Of a stretch of DNA of 64,000 nucleotides, positions 49,267 to 59,440 are shown piece by piece (position 1 is the stretch's first letter; every line of letters starts with the position of its first letter). Origin of the DNA: an uncultured Solirubrobacteraceae bacterium (GTDB lineage Bacteria > Actinomycetota > Thermoleophilia > Solirubrobacterales > Solirubrobacteraceae); assembly GCA_963721285.1 (NCBI GenBank), contig CAVRIN010000007.1:244873-308872 (forward strand). The letters run 5' to 3'. Position numbers and translations under genes: made by a program. Under the pieces are notes generated by a model that saw nothing but the letters and a program-made list of their open reading frames with translations, had not been told where the DNA came from and did no database searches.

Positions 49267-49692
49267 CTAGCCCGGCGGGAGGTTTTCCGGCAGCGGCACC
49301 TCCTGCGGAGGCCGTCCCGGGCCCGGCTCGTCCCAGCCGCTCCACGCGCTGCCGTCTCGCCCGACGTGCTCGCCGGCGCTCCCGAGCGCGAGCAGCACCA
49401 GCGGCTGGGTCCCGGCGTTCACGAGCTGCCGGCGCACGCCGGGCGCGACCCGCGCGAGGCGGTCGCGGCCGAGGACGGTGGGCTCGCGCTCGACCAGCAG
49501 CGTGAGCTCTCCGTCGAGGACGAGGTAGACCTCCTCCTGGCGCTCGTGTGAGTGGATGCGCCCGCGCTCACCCGGCGCCAGCACGATCAGGTTGATGCCG
49601 AAGCTCGTGACGCCGAGCTCCCGGCGCAGCGTCTGAAAGCGCTCGCCGCCCGCGCGGTCGAGCGTCGCGAAGGCGACGCCCGACTCGGTCAC
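49267..49692 (-). CDS. Cupin domain protein
   Basis: LGVTSFGINLIVLAPG, HSHERQEEVYLVLDGEL, PGVRRQLVN; GTG start overlaps upstream stop. Confidence 0.85.
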   Translation of the reverse strand: MTESGVAFATLDRAGGERFQTLRRELGVTSFGINLIVLAPGERGRIHSHERQEEVYLVLDGELTLLVEREPTVLGRDRLARVAPGVRRQLVNAGTQPLVLLALGSAGEHVGRDGSAWSGWDEPGPGRPPQEVPLPENLPPG

Positions 49693-50580
49693 GACCCCGG
49701 GGCGCGGGCGGTGACGATCCAGGTCGAGGACATCGCGTACACGCCGTCGGGCCGGGCCATGTCGGCCATGCCCTCGCGCAGCCCCTCGTCGACCTGTCCG
49801 TGCAGGTGCGCGGCGCGATCCCCGGCCAGGCGCAGGATCTCGCCGGCGGGCCCGAGCGCGGTGACGATGTCGATCGCCTCGTCGAGGTCGGCGCCGATCC
49901 GCATCGGCAGATCGCAGCGCAGCAGGGCGACGTCCTCGAAGCCGGCGCGCTGCATCACGTCGCTGGTCGTGTCGGCGCCGGCCATCGAGAACGGCCCCGG
50001 CCCGCAGGTCGGCTCGTCGTACTCCTCGGGCCGGCTGACGATCTGCTCGACGATCGTCTGGGCGCGGTAGAGCCACTCGTTGTCCTCGCGCCGCCGCCAC
50101 ACCGCCATCGCGAGCCGCCCACCGGGGACGAGCGCCTCGCGGACGTTTCGCATCGCGGCGACCGGGTTGGCGAAGAACATCGTGCCGAAGCGCGAGAAGG
50201 CGAGGTCGAACGGCTCGGCCGGGCTCCATCGACTGGACGTCGGCGACGACGTACTCGGCGTTCGCGATCCCCTTTCGCGCCGCCGCCTCGCGCGCATGCT
50301 CGATGAAGCGCGGCGCCGCGTCGACGCCGACGGCTCGTCCGCCCGGGGCGATCAGTCCGGCGAGCCGCTCGGTCTCATCGCCGAAGCCGCAGCCGATGTC
50401 CAGCGCCCGCTCGCCCGGCTGCGGCGCGAGCAGCTCGATCGTTGCCTGGCCGTGCCTGGCGAAGCTGCCTTCGATCAGGTGCTGGAAGCGCAGGAAGCGG
50501 TCGAACAGCGGCCCGTCCCAGGCCCGAATCGCCTCCTCGTTGGCCGCGTCGATCGCCGTCTGCTGCTGGATGCCCGCCAT
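49689..50580 (-). CDS. SAM-dependent methyltransferase; frameshift near 50225
   Basis: ALDIGCGFG, GVDAA, VADVQ, then FDLAFSRFGTMFF, ALVPGGRL, GPFSMA in the other frame. Confidence 0.85.
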
Positions 50581-50770
50581 CTGCTTGCCCCCGCTCTGAA
50601 CCGGATCCGCCCGGTGCGCCCCACCCGCTGGGCGCGCTGCGCCGGGCCTTTCGCGTCCAAGGTAGCGTGCTCGCTGTCGGGTGGCGGCGAGGTCACCTCT
50701 GCAGGTGTCCAAACGGCCCCGCTCGTTGCTGGCCAGCGGGCCCTGGCGGCAGAGCGCCGCCGCGCTGATC

Positions 50771-51100
50771 ATGCTCGCGATGGCACTTGGTCAGCTGACT
50801 ACCAGCGCTGAGCCGCGCATCATCGGCGGCCCGACGTTGATCCCGGCGCCGCGCGAGGGGGAGACCTACCGCTGGAAGGTCCAGCACGGCCCCGCGGAAA
50901 AGCACGTCTACGTGCAGATCGCCGCGGCGCTGCGCCCCGAGGCGTTCGAGGAGCCGCTGCGCAGCGCGATCGAGACGAAGGGCGAGTCGGTGCTGTCGAG
51001 CCTGCTGGACCGCGGCAACGTGCCGACCAGGATCAAGGTCACCTCCGCAGGGCTCACCGAAGTCGGCATCGACCGGCGCGCGCGCCCCTGCGTCGTCTGA
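50771..51100 (+). CDS. Hypothetical protein
   Basis: Open frame with host-like codon usage; no motif recognised. Confidence 0.5.
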   Translation: MLAMALGQLTTSAEPRIIGGPTLIPAPREGETYRWKVQHGPAEKHVYVQIAAALRPEAFEEPLRSAIETKGESVLSSLLDRGNVPTRIKVTSAGLTEVGIDRRARPCVV

Positions 51101-51404
51101 GCGGGCGCCGGCGCTCGGCGCGGCTCGGACGCGCAGGCACCGAGAGAGAAATGCCAGCGCGCCCGATCAGCCGCGACGGGAGGACGGAGGCTGTCCCCCG
51201 CCTCGCCTCGGACCCGACCGGGCCCTCTCGAGAAAAGTCCGGCCACTGCGTCCAAGCAGGAAGACGTTTGCGTCCGAAGCTGAGTGTCTTCGTGCGGCCG
51301 CCGCCAGTCCAATAGGGATTCCGGGCCGAGACATACGCGCGCCTTATCTCAGTCGCTCCGACCTTCGTTATCGTTCTCCGCCACCGCTGCCCATAGGAGG
51401 AGCG

Positions 51405-52343
51405 ATGACCTTCAGACGAGGACACCTCGAGTACTTCGTCGCCGTCGCCGAGGAGGGGCAGATCACGAGCGCCGCGCGCCGGCTGGGAGTCGCGCAGCCG
51501 GCGCTGTCGCAGGCGATCGCGCAGCTGGAGTCCGAAACCGGGTTGACGCTCTTGGAGCGGCAAGCCCGCGGCGTGCAGATGACGCCTGCCGGCGAATCCT
51601 TCTACGCGAAGGCGCGGCTCGCGGTCGCCGCGACCGGCGAGGCGCTGAACACGGCGCGTTCCCTGGCGCGCGCGCAGCAGGGCAGGATCGAGTTCGGGTT
51701 CCTCGGCGCCCCGCCGAGCATCGAGGGCCGGATCGAGATGGAAGGCTTCGCGATGGCCTATCCGGAAATCGAGGTTCACTATCGGGACATGGCGTTCCCG
51801 ACCAGCCCGACCTCGGCGTGGCTGGGCGACGTCGACGTCGCCGCGTGCCACCTGCCGCCGCCCGACGAAGCGGTCTGGAGCAAAGTCGTGCGCCACGAGC
51901 CGCGGATCGCACTGATTCCGCCCGGGCATCCGCTTGCCGCTCGCGAGCACCTGCACGTCGCCGAGCTGCTCGACGAGATCTACATCGGCTTCGCGCCGTC
52001 GGTCGACCCGGAGTGGGCCGGCTTCTGGAGTCTCGATGACCACCGCGGCGGCCCGCCGCAGCGCGTCAAAGCCGATCGCGCCACGAATCCCCAGGAGGTG
52101 CTGGCGGCGCTCGGCGCGGGCGGAGCGATCACGATCGTGCCGCTGGCCGCCGCCAGGGTGCTCTCGAACGTGCTCGCGAGCACGCGGGCGATCCCCGTGC
52201 GCGACGCGGCGCCTTCCCAGATCGCCCTCGTCGGCCACCGCGACAGGCGCAACCCGCTCGTGGCGACGCTGGTCTCGTACTCAGACGTCGTCGCGGCGGC
52301 AGGGCTCGCCGAACGCGACGGAGGCGCCGCCGCCGGGCGCTGA
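51405..52343 (+). CDS. LysR-family transcriptional regulator
   Basis: LEYFVAVAEEGQITSAARRLGVAQPALSQAIAQLE, TPAG; GGAGG RBS. Confidence 0.92.
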   Translation: MTFRRGHLEYFVAVAEEGQITSAARRLGVAQPALSQAIAQLESETGLTLLERQARGVQMTPAGESFYAKARLAVAATGEALNTARSLARAQQGRIEFGFLGAPPSIEGRIEMEGFAMAYPEIEVHYRDMAFPTSPTSAWLGDVDVAACHLPPPDEAVWSKVVRHEPRIALIPPGHPLAAREHLHVAELLDEIYIGFAPSVDPEWAGFWSLDDHRGGPPQRVKADRATNPQEVLAALGAGGAITIVPLAAARVLSNVLASTRAIPVRDAAPSQIALVGHRDRRNPLVATLVSYSDVVAAAGLAERDGGAAAGR

Positions 52344-52370
52344 ACGTTCGCGCTCCGGGTCGGGCCCGAG

Positions 52371-52943
52371 CTATTCGCCTGCGACTGGTGCGACGCAGGA
52401 CGGCGCGGCGCCCTCGATCACGAGCCCGCGCAGAGCGACGAAGCCGGGACGCAGTTCGTTCGCCGAGAGCAACAGCGTGTCGCCGTGTGGGATCGCCGAC
52501 GGATCGATCCGCAGGCTCACGCCGCCCGGTCCGCCGAGCGTTTCATAGAGCGCTCGCGTCTGTTCGGGCGGAAGGTGCACGAATGGCAGCTGCCGGCGGG
52601 AGACCGGGCACCCGTCTTGCACCGGCGCGATGCGCACCGGCAGCCCGAGCTCTGTCAGCCGCTCGTTCGCCGGCCCGACGCCGACCAGTTCGGAGACCGT
52701 GACGGTGACCGTGCCGTCGGGGTTCGTCACGACGGCATAGGCGCTCGAGCCGCCGTTCGCGCTGAGCCCGATCACAAGCGCCGCCAGGCCCGCGACGAGC
52801 GCCAGCCCGAGCGCCGCGAGCGGGCCGCGGCGCACGCGGCCGCGCCGGCGCGCCGGCGAATGGATCTGCGCGGGCGGCTCGGCGAGCAGCGCGCCGTGCT
52901 GCTCGACGAGTTCGTTCCAGAGACGGTCTTCGAACCTAGCCAC
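52371..52943 (-). CDS. Putative membrane anti-sigma factor
   Basis: FEDRLWNEL N-terminus, RRR followed by TM, AYAVVTNPDGTVTVTV; overlaps stop of upstream ECF sigma. Confidence 0.65.
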   Translation of the reverse strand: MARFEDRLWNELVEQHGALLAEPPAQIHSPARRRGRVRRGPLAALGLALVAGLAALVIGLSANGGSSAYAVVTNPDGTVTVTVSELVGVGPANERLTELGLPVRIAPVQDGCPVSRRQLPFVHLPPEQTRALYETLGGPGGVSLRIDPSAIPHGDTLLLSANELRPGFVALRGLVIEGAAPSCVAPVAGE

Positions 52944-53556
52944 GACCGCCTCCTTCCCGTTTCAGTCGCGCCCGCGTTCGCGACAGCCGCACGCGCAGCG
53001 CGCCCGTCGACACGCCGAGCTCGCGCGCGGCCTCGCCGTGGCTCAGACCGCAGAGGTCGACGAGCTCGAGGGCTTCGCGATCAAGCGCCGACATCGGTGC
53101 GAGCCGTTCCATCAGCTCGCGGCTCGATCGCTCGACGTCGATCCACCACGTCAGCTCCTTGGTCTCGGCACGGTCGAGCAGCCGCCGTGCCGAGCTGCGA
53201 CGCCCCGGCCCCTGCTCACGGGGATCGGACTCGCGGAAGCGCGCGTAGACGCGCCGGGCGATGCCGATCGTCCATGCTCGGGTGCCGGTCCGTCGCGGGT
53301 CGTACTCGGCGAAGGAGCGGATCGCGGCGACGAAGGCGTCGGCCGTGAGGTCCGCGACGAGCTGCGGGTCCTGGCAGCGGCGAGCGAAGTACCCGGCGAC
53401 GGCGCCGAACTCGGCGCGGTAGAGACGCTCGAACTCCGCGAGCCGCGGCGAGAGCTGCCCGCGACCTTCCGGTCGTGGTTCTTCCGCCGCAGAATCATTC
53501 AAACTGTCTGAATGCAGGTCATCGTCGTCACCGGGACGGAGAGGGTCTCGTTGCAT
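52936..53556 (-). CDS. ECF sigma factor
   Basis: FERLYR, ADLTADAFVAA, WTIGIARR, DREALEL, EAARELGVS..ALRVRLSRTRARL. Confidence 0.88.
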   Translation of the reverse strand: MQRDPLRPGDDDDLHSDSLNDSAAEEPRPEGRGQLSPRLAEFERLYRAEFGAVAGYFARRCQDPQLVADLTADAFVAAIRSFAEYDPRRTGTRAWTIGIARRVYARFRESDPREQGPGRRSSARRLLDRAETKELTWWIDVERSSRELMERLAPMSALDREALELVDLCGLSHGEAARELGVSTGALRVRLSRTRARLKREGGGRG

Positions 53557-53691
53557 TGCCTCAGGCCACCGGCGCGCCCGATTTTACATTCAAAGATCCG
53601 GAACTCATCCGATCGGTAAGTGTCGCGCTGAGTCCCACGATCCGAAATGTTCGAAACCGACGTTTCATCCGAGCCTACATAGAAAGGACCG

Positions 53692-54336
53692 ATGAGAATG
53701 GGAACGAACGGACGTCCCTCGCGGTTCCGACCGCGGTGGAGAACCCTCGGGGCCGCGCTGCCGCCGGCGGCGGCAGGGCTGGGGGCTGCGCTGATCGCCG
53801 GAAGCGGCTCGGCGCCCGCCGCGCCGGCTCCCGCGCCGAGCTACGCGGCGCTCTCCGGCGGCGAAACGGGCGGGCTGGTGATCTCCGACTCGCCGACGCC
53901 GCGCGGGGCGGCACCGCGTCCCACGTGGCCCGCGCACGCGCCCGAAGGGTCCGGCGACCGGCCGGCGGCGTCATCGATCCGCCGCGTTCGGTCGACGGTC
54001 CCGGGCCTCTCCGCGTGGATCGCGCGCTCGGCCGCCGGCGGGGTGTGCGTGCTGCTCTACGACGGTCAGCCAGTCGACGGCGTCGCCGCCGTCTACGCCA
54101 GCTGCTCGACGCCGGAGCGGTTCGGCGCCGGAGCCACCGTGCAGGTCTCCGAAATCCCGAACATGCCGGGTCGCGTGATCGAAGCGGGGGTGGTCCCGGA
54201 CGGGGTCGAGGCGGTCAGCACGCGGCTCGCCGACGGCAGCAGCGCCACGTCGCAGGTCAGCGACAACGCCTGGGCGCGCAGCGGCGGGGAGCCGCCGGCA
54301 CCGGGTGCCGAACCCACTGCGATCACCGGAGGTTGA
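53692..54336 (+). CDS. Secreted/membrane hypothetical protein
   Basis: N-terminal hydrophobic stretch; GGVC...SC pair and GVVPDGVEAV motif. Confidence 0.65.
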   Translation: MRMGTNGRPSRFRPRWRTLGAALPPAAAGLGAALIAGSGSAPAAPAPAPSYAALSGGETGGLVISDSPTPRGAAPRPTWPAHAPEGSGDRPAASSIRRVRSTVPGLSAWIARSAAGGVCVLLYDGQPVDGVAAVYASCSTPERFGAGATVQVSEIPNMPGRVIEAGVVPDGVEAVSTRLADGSSATSQVSDNAWARSGGEPPAPGAEPTAITGG

Positions 54337-54338
54337 GG

Positions 54339-54671
54339 ATGCGAAAGTCACACATCGCGTCGCTGCTGGCGACGGTTGCATGTCTCTCGACGTTCGCGAC
54401 GGCGAGCGCCGGAGCCGTCGAATGGACGCACCACGTCGGGATCCCCAGCGGCGGCAACGCGTTCGGGCCGTTCGTGTCGCTGCGGGTCTCGGAAACCTTC
54501 GGCTGGGGCGCCGGGTTGGGCTGCGCCGGCATCCGGGGGGTCTCGGGCGTCGTATGCGAGACGACGGCGGGCGAACGCGTATCGGTCACGTTGAGCAACT
54601 TCGTGGGATCCGAACCGTACATCCACAACCACTCGACGTTCGGCAGCTACTTCGCCGGGTTCTACTCCTGA
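54339..54671 (+). CDS. Small secreted hypothetical protein (110 aa)
   Basis: GGAGG RBS; signal peptide MRKSHIASLLATVACLSTFATASAGA; two Cys in the mature part. Confidence 0.7.
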   Translation: MRKSHIASLLATVACLSTFATASAGAVEWTHHVGIPSGGNAFGPFVSLRVSETFGWGAGLGCAGIRGVSGVVCETTAGERVSVTLSNFVGSEPYIHNHSTFGSYFAGFYS

Positions 54672-55072
54672 GCTGCGGGCCCAGGCGCTGCCGCTTCCTG
54701 CGGGCCGGGACCGGGTCGCGGGAGCCGGTAGCGGCGGCTGCGCGGGCAGCGCTCGAGCAGGCCGAGCTCGAGCAGCGTCAGGACGTAGCGATGCGTCGTG
54801 CTGGCGCTCAGGCCGAGCTCGCGCGCCAGCTCCAGGATCCCGCGCTCCGGGCGCTCGACCGTGAAGCAGGCGAGGATCGCGAGCCCCCGCAGCAGCGAGC
54901 GCGACAGGCGCCGGTCGCAGATGTCGAGCGCGGGCTGGGCGGGCGCGGAGAGCGCAGCGGCGATCAGGGCGGCGAGCGAGGAGGCACGGCTGCGCGAGGC
55001 GGAGCGCAGCACGTCTTCCACCTGGTCGGGAGACAGCGTGATCGCGATCGACAGGTTGCGCCGGGGCGGCAC
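54662..55072 (-). CDS. IclR-type HTH-only regulator
   Basis: SRSLLRGLAIL..F, ELARELGLSASTTHRYVLTLLELGLLE..RRYRL; no effector domain. Confidence 0.75.
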   Translation of the reverse strand: MPPRRNLSIAITLSPDQVEDVLRSASRSRASSLAALIAAALSAPAQPALDICDRRLSRSLLRGLAILACFTVERPERGILELARELGLSASTTHRYVLTLLELGLLERCPRSRRYRLPRPGPGPQEAAAPGPAAQE

Positions 55073-55202
55073 GGAGCGATCCTGCCAGCAGCAGACAGCT
55101 GTCCGCAAGGCGTGTTTCTGGCGACGGGGGGAACAGCCAATCGGTCGGTGACCTTCCGCCGTCACCCGGCCGGCGAGCGGCACCGGTACCCTCCAGCGCG
55201 CG

Positions 55203-57191
55203 ATGGCGCTGACGGTGACACTGCCCGACGGGACCGAGCTCGAGCTGCCCGATGGCGCGACCGGGGCGGACGCGGCGGCGGCGATCGGGCCTGGGCTCGC
55301 GAAGGCGGCGCTCGCGGTCGAGGTCAGCGAGCCGGGCGAGCAGCCGGCGCTGCGCGACCTCGCGCGCCCGCTGCCCGGGGGCGCGCGGATCTCGATCCTC
55401 ACCGAGCGCAGCGGCGAGCAGGCGCTCGAGCTGATCCGCCACGATGCCGCGCACGTGCTCGCGACGGCGGTGCTCGAGCTCTACGACGGGGTCAAGATCT
55501 CGATCGGGCCGCCGATCGAGGACGGCTTTTACTACGACTTCGAGTTTCCTGAGGGAACGGCCGTCTCCGAGGCCGACTTCCCGCGGATCGAAGAGCGGAT
55601 GCGAGAGCACGTCAAGGCGGCCGAGCCGTTCGTCCGCGAGGACGTGCCGGTCCCCGCCGCCCGCGAGCGCTTCCTGGCCGAGCGCCAGGACTACAAGGTC
55701 GAGCTGATCGACGACCTGCTGAGCTCCGCGCAGGCCTCGCACCGGCCGCTCGAGACGGTCTCGCTGTACACGAACGGGCCCTTCACGGATCTGTGCCGGG
55801 GCCCGCACGCCCCGAGCACGGGGAGCGTGAAGGCGTTCAAGCTGAACTCGGTCGCCGGCGCGTACTGGCGCGGGGACTCCGCGCGCACGATGTTGACGCG
55901 GATCTACGGCACCGCGTTCTTCTCCAAGCAGGCGCTCGAGGAGCACGTCGAGCGGCTCGAGCAGGCGAAGGCGCGCGACCACCGCAAGCTCGGCCGCGAG
56001 CTCGGCCTGTTCGCCTTCTCGGAGGTCTCGCCGGGTGCCGCGTTCTGGCTGCCGGCGGGCACCAGCGTCTTCAACTCGCTGGTCGCGCTGTCGCGGCGGA
56101 TGGGCGCGGAACGCGGGTACAGCGAGGTGAAGACGCCGCAGATCTTCGACTCGGAGCTGTGGAAGACCTCGGGCCACTGGGGCAAGTTCCGCGAGAACAT
56201 GTTCACGCTGACGGTCGAGGAGCACGAGATGGCGGTCAAGCCGATGAACTGCCCGGGCCACTGCCAGCTGTACTCGATGACGCGGCACTCCTATCGCGAC
56301 CTGCCGCTGCGCTACTCGGAGCCGGGACTGCTGCACCGCAACGAGGCCTCGGGAGTGCTGCACGGCCTGCTGCGGCTGCGGCATTTCGCTCAGGACGACG
56401 GCCACATCTTCTGTACGGAGGAGCAGGTACAGGACGAGGTGCGGGGCGCTCTGGAGATGGCCTTCGCGACGTATGAGCTGTTCGACTTCGACATGCGCCT
56501 CGAGCTCTCGACGCGCCCGGAGAACCGGATCGGCGACGACGAGCTCTGGGACCGGGCGGAGCTGAAGCTCACACAGGCGCTCGAGGAACTTGGCCTCGAG
56601 TACGAGCTGAACCCCGGCGACGGGGCGTTCTACGGGCCCAAGATCGACGTCCACATGACGGACTCGCTCGGGCGCTCCTGGCAGACCGGGACGGTTCAGC
56701 TGGACTACTCGATGCCGGCCCGCTTCGGACTCAGCTACACCGGCGCGGACAACGCCGAGCACACGCCGGTGATGATCCACCGCGCGATGTTCGGCTCCTA
56801 CGAGCGCTTCATCGGCATCCTGATCGAGCACTACGCGGGGGAGCTGCCGCTGTGGCTCGCGCCGCTGCAGGCGCTCGTGCTGCCCGTCTCCGACCCCTTC
56901 AACGACTACGCGCGCGAGGTAGCCGACGAGCTCCGTGCCGCGGACATCCGCGTCGAGATCGACGAGCGCTCGGAGTCGGTCGGGCGCAAGATCCGCGAGG
57001 CGGAGCTGCGGAAGGTCCCCTTCATGCTGATCGTGGGGGAGCGCGAGCAGGACTCGCAGACGGTCTCCGTTCGCTCGCATCGCGACGGCGACCTCGGGGC
57101 GAGCACGGTCTCGGACTTTGCCGAGGGCCTCAGGGGCCAGCTATACTCCGGCGTGTTGACGCCTCGCAAAACCTCAGAGCGCCACTCATAG
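55203..57191 (+). CDS. thrS: Threonine--tRNA ligase
   Basis: TGS domain, IRHDAAHVLA, DLCRGPH, DHRKLG, KPMNCPGH, GAFYGPKID, IHRA. Confidence 0.98.
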   Translation: MALTVTLPDGTELELPDGATGADAAAAIGPGLAKAALAVEVSEPGEQPALRDLARPLPGGARISILTERSGEQALELIRHDAAHVLATAVLELYDGVKISIGPPIEDGFYYDFEFPEGTAVSEADFPRIEERMREHVKAAEPFVREDVPVPAARERFLAERQDYKVELIDDLLSSAQASHRPLETVSLYTNGPFTDLCRGPHAPSTGSVKAFKLNSVAGAYWRGDSARTMLTRIYGTAFFSKQALEEHVERLEQAKARDHRKLGRELGLFAFSEVSPGAAFWLPAGTSVFNSLVALSRRMGAERGYSEVKTPQIFDSELWKTSGHWGKFRENMFTLTVEEHEMAVKPMNCPGHCQLYSMTRHSYRDLPLRYSEPGLLHRNEASGVLHGLLRLRHFAQDDGHIFCTEEQVQDEVRGALEMAFATYELFDFDMRLELSTRPENRIGDDELWDRAELKLTQALEELGLEYELNPGDGAFYGPKIDVHMTDSLGRSWQTGTVQLDYSMPARFGLSYTGADNAEHTPVMIHRAMFGSYERFIGILIEHYAGELPLWLAPLQALVLPVSDPFNDYAREVADELRAADIRVEIDERSESVGRKIREAELRKVPFMLIVGEREQDSQTVSVRSHRDGDLGASTVSDFAEGLRGQLYSGVLTPRKTSERHS

Positions 57192-57221
57192 CTTCCGCTT
57201 GAAGCGCGGTCACGACAGCTA

Positions 57222-57953
57222 GTGCCGGTCCCCCGAAGGTTCGACCGGCGCCCGCCGGAGCGGGACACGACGAGGATCAACGAGCGCATACGCGTGCCCG
57301 AGGTGCGCGTGATCGACGAGGAGGGCAAGCAGATCGGCGTGATGAAGACGCCCGACGCCCTCGAGTTCGCGCAGGAACGCGACCTCGATCTGGTCGAGGT
57401 CGCCCCCGAGGCGCGCCCGCCCGTCACGCGCGTGCTCGACTACTCCAAGTACAAGTACGAGCAGGCCCAGAAGGTCAAGCAGGCGCGCAAGCACCAGCAG
57501 CAGATCACCGTGCGCGAGATCAAGTTCCGCCCGAAGATCGCCGAGCACGACTACGACACCAAGAAGCACCACGTCGAGCGCTTCCTGCGCCACAAGGACA
57601 AGGTCAAGGTCACGATCATGTTCCGCGGCCGCGAGGTCACGCACCCGGAGCGCGGCACGGCGATCCTCGACAGGCTCGCCGAGGAACTGCAGGAGCTCGG
57701 CGTCGTCGAGCAGCGCCCGATGCAGGAAGGGCGCAACATGACGATGATGATGGCTCCCTCCAAGGCCCTGCTCGCGGGGCGCGTCGGCGCCTCCGAGGGC
57801 GCCGAGGAGCCGGCCGGCGAGGCCGCGGAGGCGAGCGCGCCGGCAGAGCAGGAGGCGGCCGGCGGCGGGGCCGAGGCTCAGCCCACCGGCGGCGATGACG
57901 CCGCGTCGGAGCCCGCGGAGTCGCCCAACGGCGAGGCCGCCTCGGCCGCCTAG
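57222..57953 (+). CDS. infC: Translation initiation factor IF-3
   Basis: RINERIR, LDLVEVAP, DYSKYKYE, EIKFRPKI, FRGRE; acidic Ala-rich tail. Confidence 0.96.
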   Translation: MPVPRRFDRRPPERDTTRINERIRVPEVRVIDEEGKQIGVMKTPDALEFAQERDLDLVEVAPEARPPVTRVLDYSKYKYEQAQKVKQARKHQQQITVREIKFRPKIAEHDYDTKKHHVERFLRHKDKVKVTIMFRGREVTHPERGTAILDRLAEELQELGVVEQRPMQEGRNMTMMMAPSKALLAGRVGASEGAEEPAGEAAEASAPAEQEAAGGGAEAQPTGGDDAASEPAESPNGEAASAA

Positions 57954-58040
57954 CGGCTGGGTCCGCGGCGGCCCTCTCATCGGGCCGAGTCGTTCAGCAC
58001 CGGCAGATGCGCCGCCCCGTGCCATAATCATCGGCTCGCG

Positions 58041-58241
58041 ATGCCGAAGATGAAGACACATTCGGGCGCCAAGAAGCGCTTCAAAGTGACCGCGACCGGG
58101 AAGGTCCGCGGCCGCCATGCCTTCACGAGCCACATCCTCGAGAAGAAGTCGCCGAAACACAAGCGCGCCCTGGGGCGGCCCGTGATCCTCTCCGATCACG
58201 ACGCGCCGCGCGTGAAGAAGCTGCTCGGGGCCGGCAAATGA
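58041..58241 (+). CDS. rpmI: 50S ribosomal protein L35
   Basis: [19 protein letters not shown]. Confidence 0.97.
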   Translation: MPKMKTHSGAKKRFKVTATGKVRGRHAFTSHILEKKSPKHKRALGRPVILSDHDAPRVKKLLGAGK

Positions 58242-58597
58242 CCCGCGTGAAGCGCTCCGTCGGCGCGCGCAAGAAGCGCCGCGCCACGCTGGAGAGGACG
58301 AAGGGGTTCCGCGGCGAGGCCCATTCGAACTACAAGCGCGCCAAGGAGGCGCTGCTGAAGGCCGACGCGTATGCCTACCGCGACCGCCGCAACCGCAAGC
58401 GCGACTTTCGCCGCCTGTGGATCACCCGTATCAACGCGGCCGCTCGCCAGAACGGCATGAGCTACTCCCAGCTGATGCACGGCCTGAAGCTGGCCGGGGT
58501 GGAGCTCGACCGCAAGGTCCTCGCCGACATCGCCGTCCGCGACGCCGACGCGTTCCGACGTTTTGCCGAGCTCGCCCGGGAGGCGTCGGCTGCCTGA
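58238..58597 (+). CDS. rplT: 50S ribosomal protein L20
   Basis: [36 protein letters not shown]. Confidence 0.98.
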   Translation: MTRVKRSVGARKKRRATLERTKGFRGEAHSNYKRAKEALLKADAYAYRDRRNRKRDFRRLWITRINAAARQNGMSYSQLMHGLKLAGVELDRKVLADIAVRDADAFRRFAELAREASAA

Positions 58598-58629
58598 GCT
58601 CGAATCGGCAACCGACCCGGCAGCCTCTC

Positions 58630-58665
58630 GGGCGTCGCTCCTCTGACAGGGACGGCGCCCTTTTT
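58630..58665 (+). terminator. Intrinsic terminator after rplT
   Basis: gggcgtcg...cggcgccc followed by ttttt. Confidence 0.65.
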
Positions 58666-58708
58666 GTTGGCCGCTAGCCACACGAGAGAGAACCGAACAG
58701 ACCGACCC

Positions 58709-59440
58709 ATGACCCAAATCAAATCCCTCCAGAACCCGCGCCTGAAGGCGCTGCGCAAGCTCCACACGAAGCGGGGCCGGGGCGCCGCCTCTGCCTTCCT
58801 CGCGGAGGGCGAGGACCTGATCGACGCCGCCCGCCGCGCCGGGCGCGAGCCGCTCGAGGGCTACCGACTCGCGGGCAGCGGGCTCGGCGGCTCGGGCTTT
58901 CACGATGTCGCGCCGGAGGCGCTCGCTGCCGTCTCGGCCCTCGGCTCGGGCAGCCGCGTGATCGGCGTCTTCGAGCAGCGCTGGGGAGAGCCGCGCGGGC
59001 CGCTGTGCGTGTACCTGCACGGCGTCGGCGACCCCGGCAACGTCGGCACGGTGCTGCGCTCGGCGCAGGCCTTCGGAGCCTCGAGCGTCGTGCTCGGCCC
59101 CGGCTGCGCGGACCCGCACTCGCCGAAGGCGGTGCGGGCGAGCATGGGCGCGATCTTCGCGGTCCAGATCGCGCGCGGCGCGGGCGTGGCGGCGCTGCCT
59201 GGACAGCGGATCGCGTTGACCGCGGGCGCCCCGGAGGTGCTCGCGGGACCGCCGCCCGCCGGCGGCGACGGCGTGACGCTCGTGATCGGGGCCGAGCGCG
59301 ACGGGTTGCCGGCGGAGCTCGTCGCGGCCTGCGAGCTGCACGCCCGCATCCCGATCGCCTCCGAGTCGCTGAACGCCGCGATGGCGGCGACCGTGGCGCT
59401 CTACGAGATGACCCGCCGAGCATCTAGGGTCCCGGGCTGA
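58709..59440 (+). CDS. TrmH/SpoU-family RNA methyltransferase
   Basis: DPGNVGTVLRSA, KAVRASMG, IGAERDGL, SESLNAAMA. Confidence 0.9.
   Translation: MTQIKSLQNPRLKALRKLHTKRGRGAASAFLAEGEDLIDAARRAGREPLEGYRLAGSGLGGSGFHDVAPEALAAVSALGSGSRVIGVFEQRWGEPRGPLCVYLHGVGDPGNVGTVLRSAQAFGASSVVLGPGCADPHSPKAVRASMGAIFAVQIARGAGVAALPGQRIALTAGAPEVLAGPPPAGGDGVTLVIGAERDGLPAELVAACELHARIPIASESLNAAMAATVALYEMTRRASRVPG

Noticed and set aside
49267-50772. Apparent methyltransferase-cupin fusion (501 aa)
   Set aside because: Artefact of a frameshift near 50225; the two genes are separate with a GTGA overlap
55075-55202. T-box leader upstream of thrS
   Set aside because: Region is short and lacks a T-box consensus or terminator
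54348-57080. 910-aa minus-strand ORF and other long antisense ORFs (e.g. 2651-4654, 31588-33978, 37918-39885)
   Set aside because: Shadow frames of real genes caused by high GC3; no recognisable motifs
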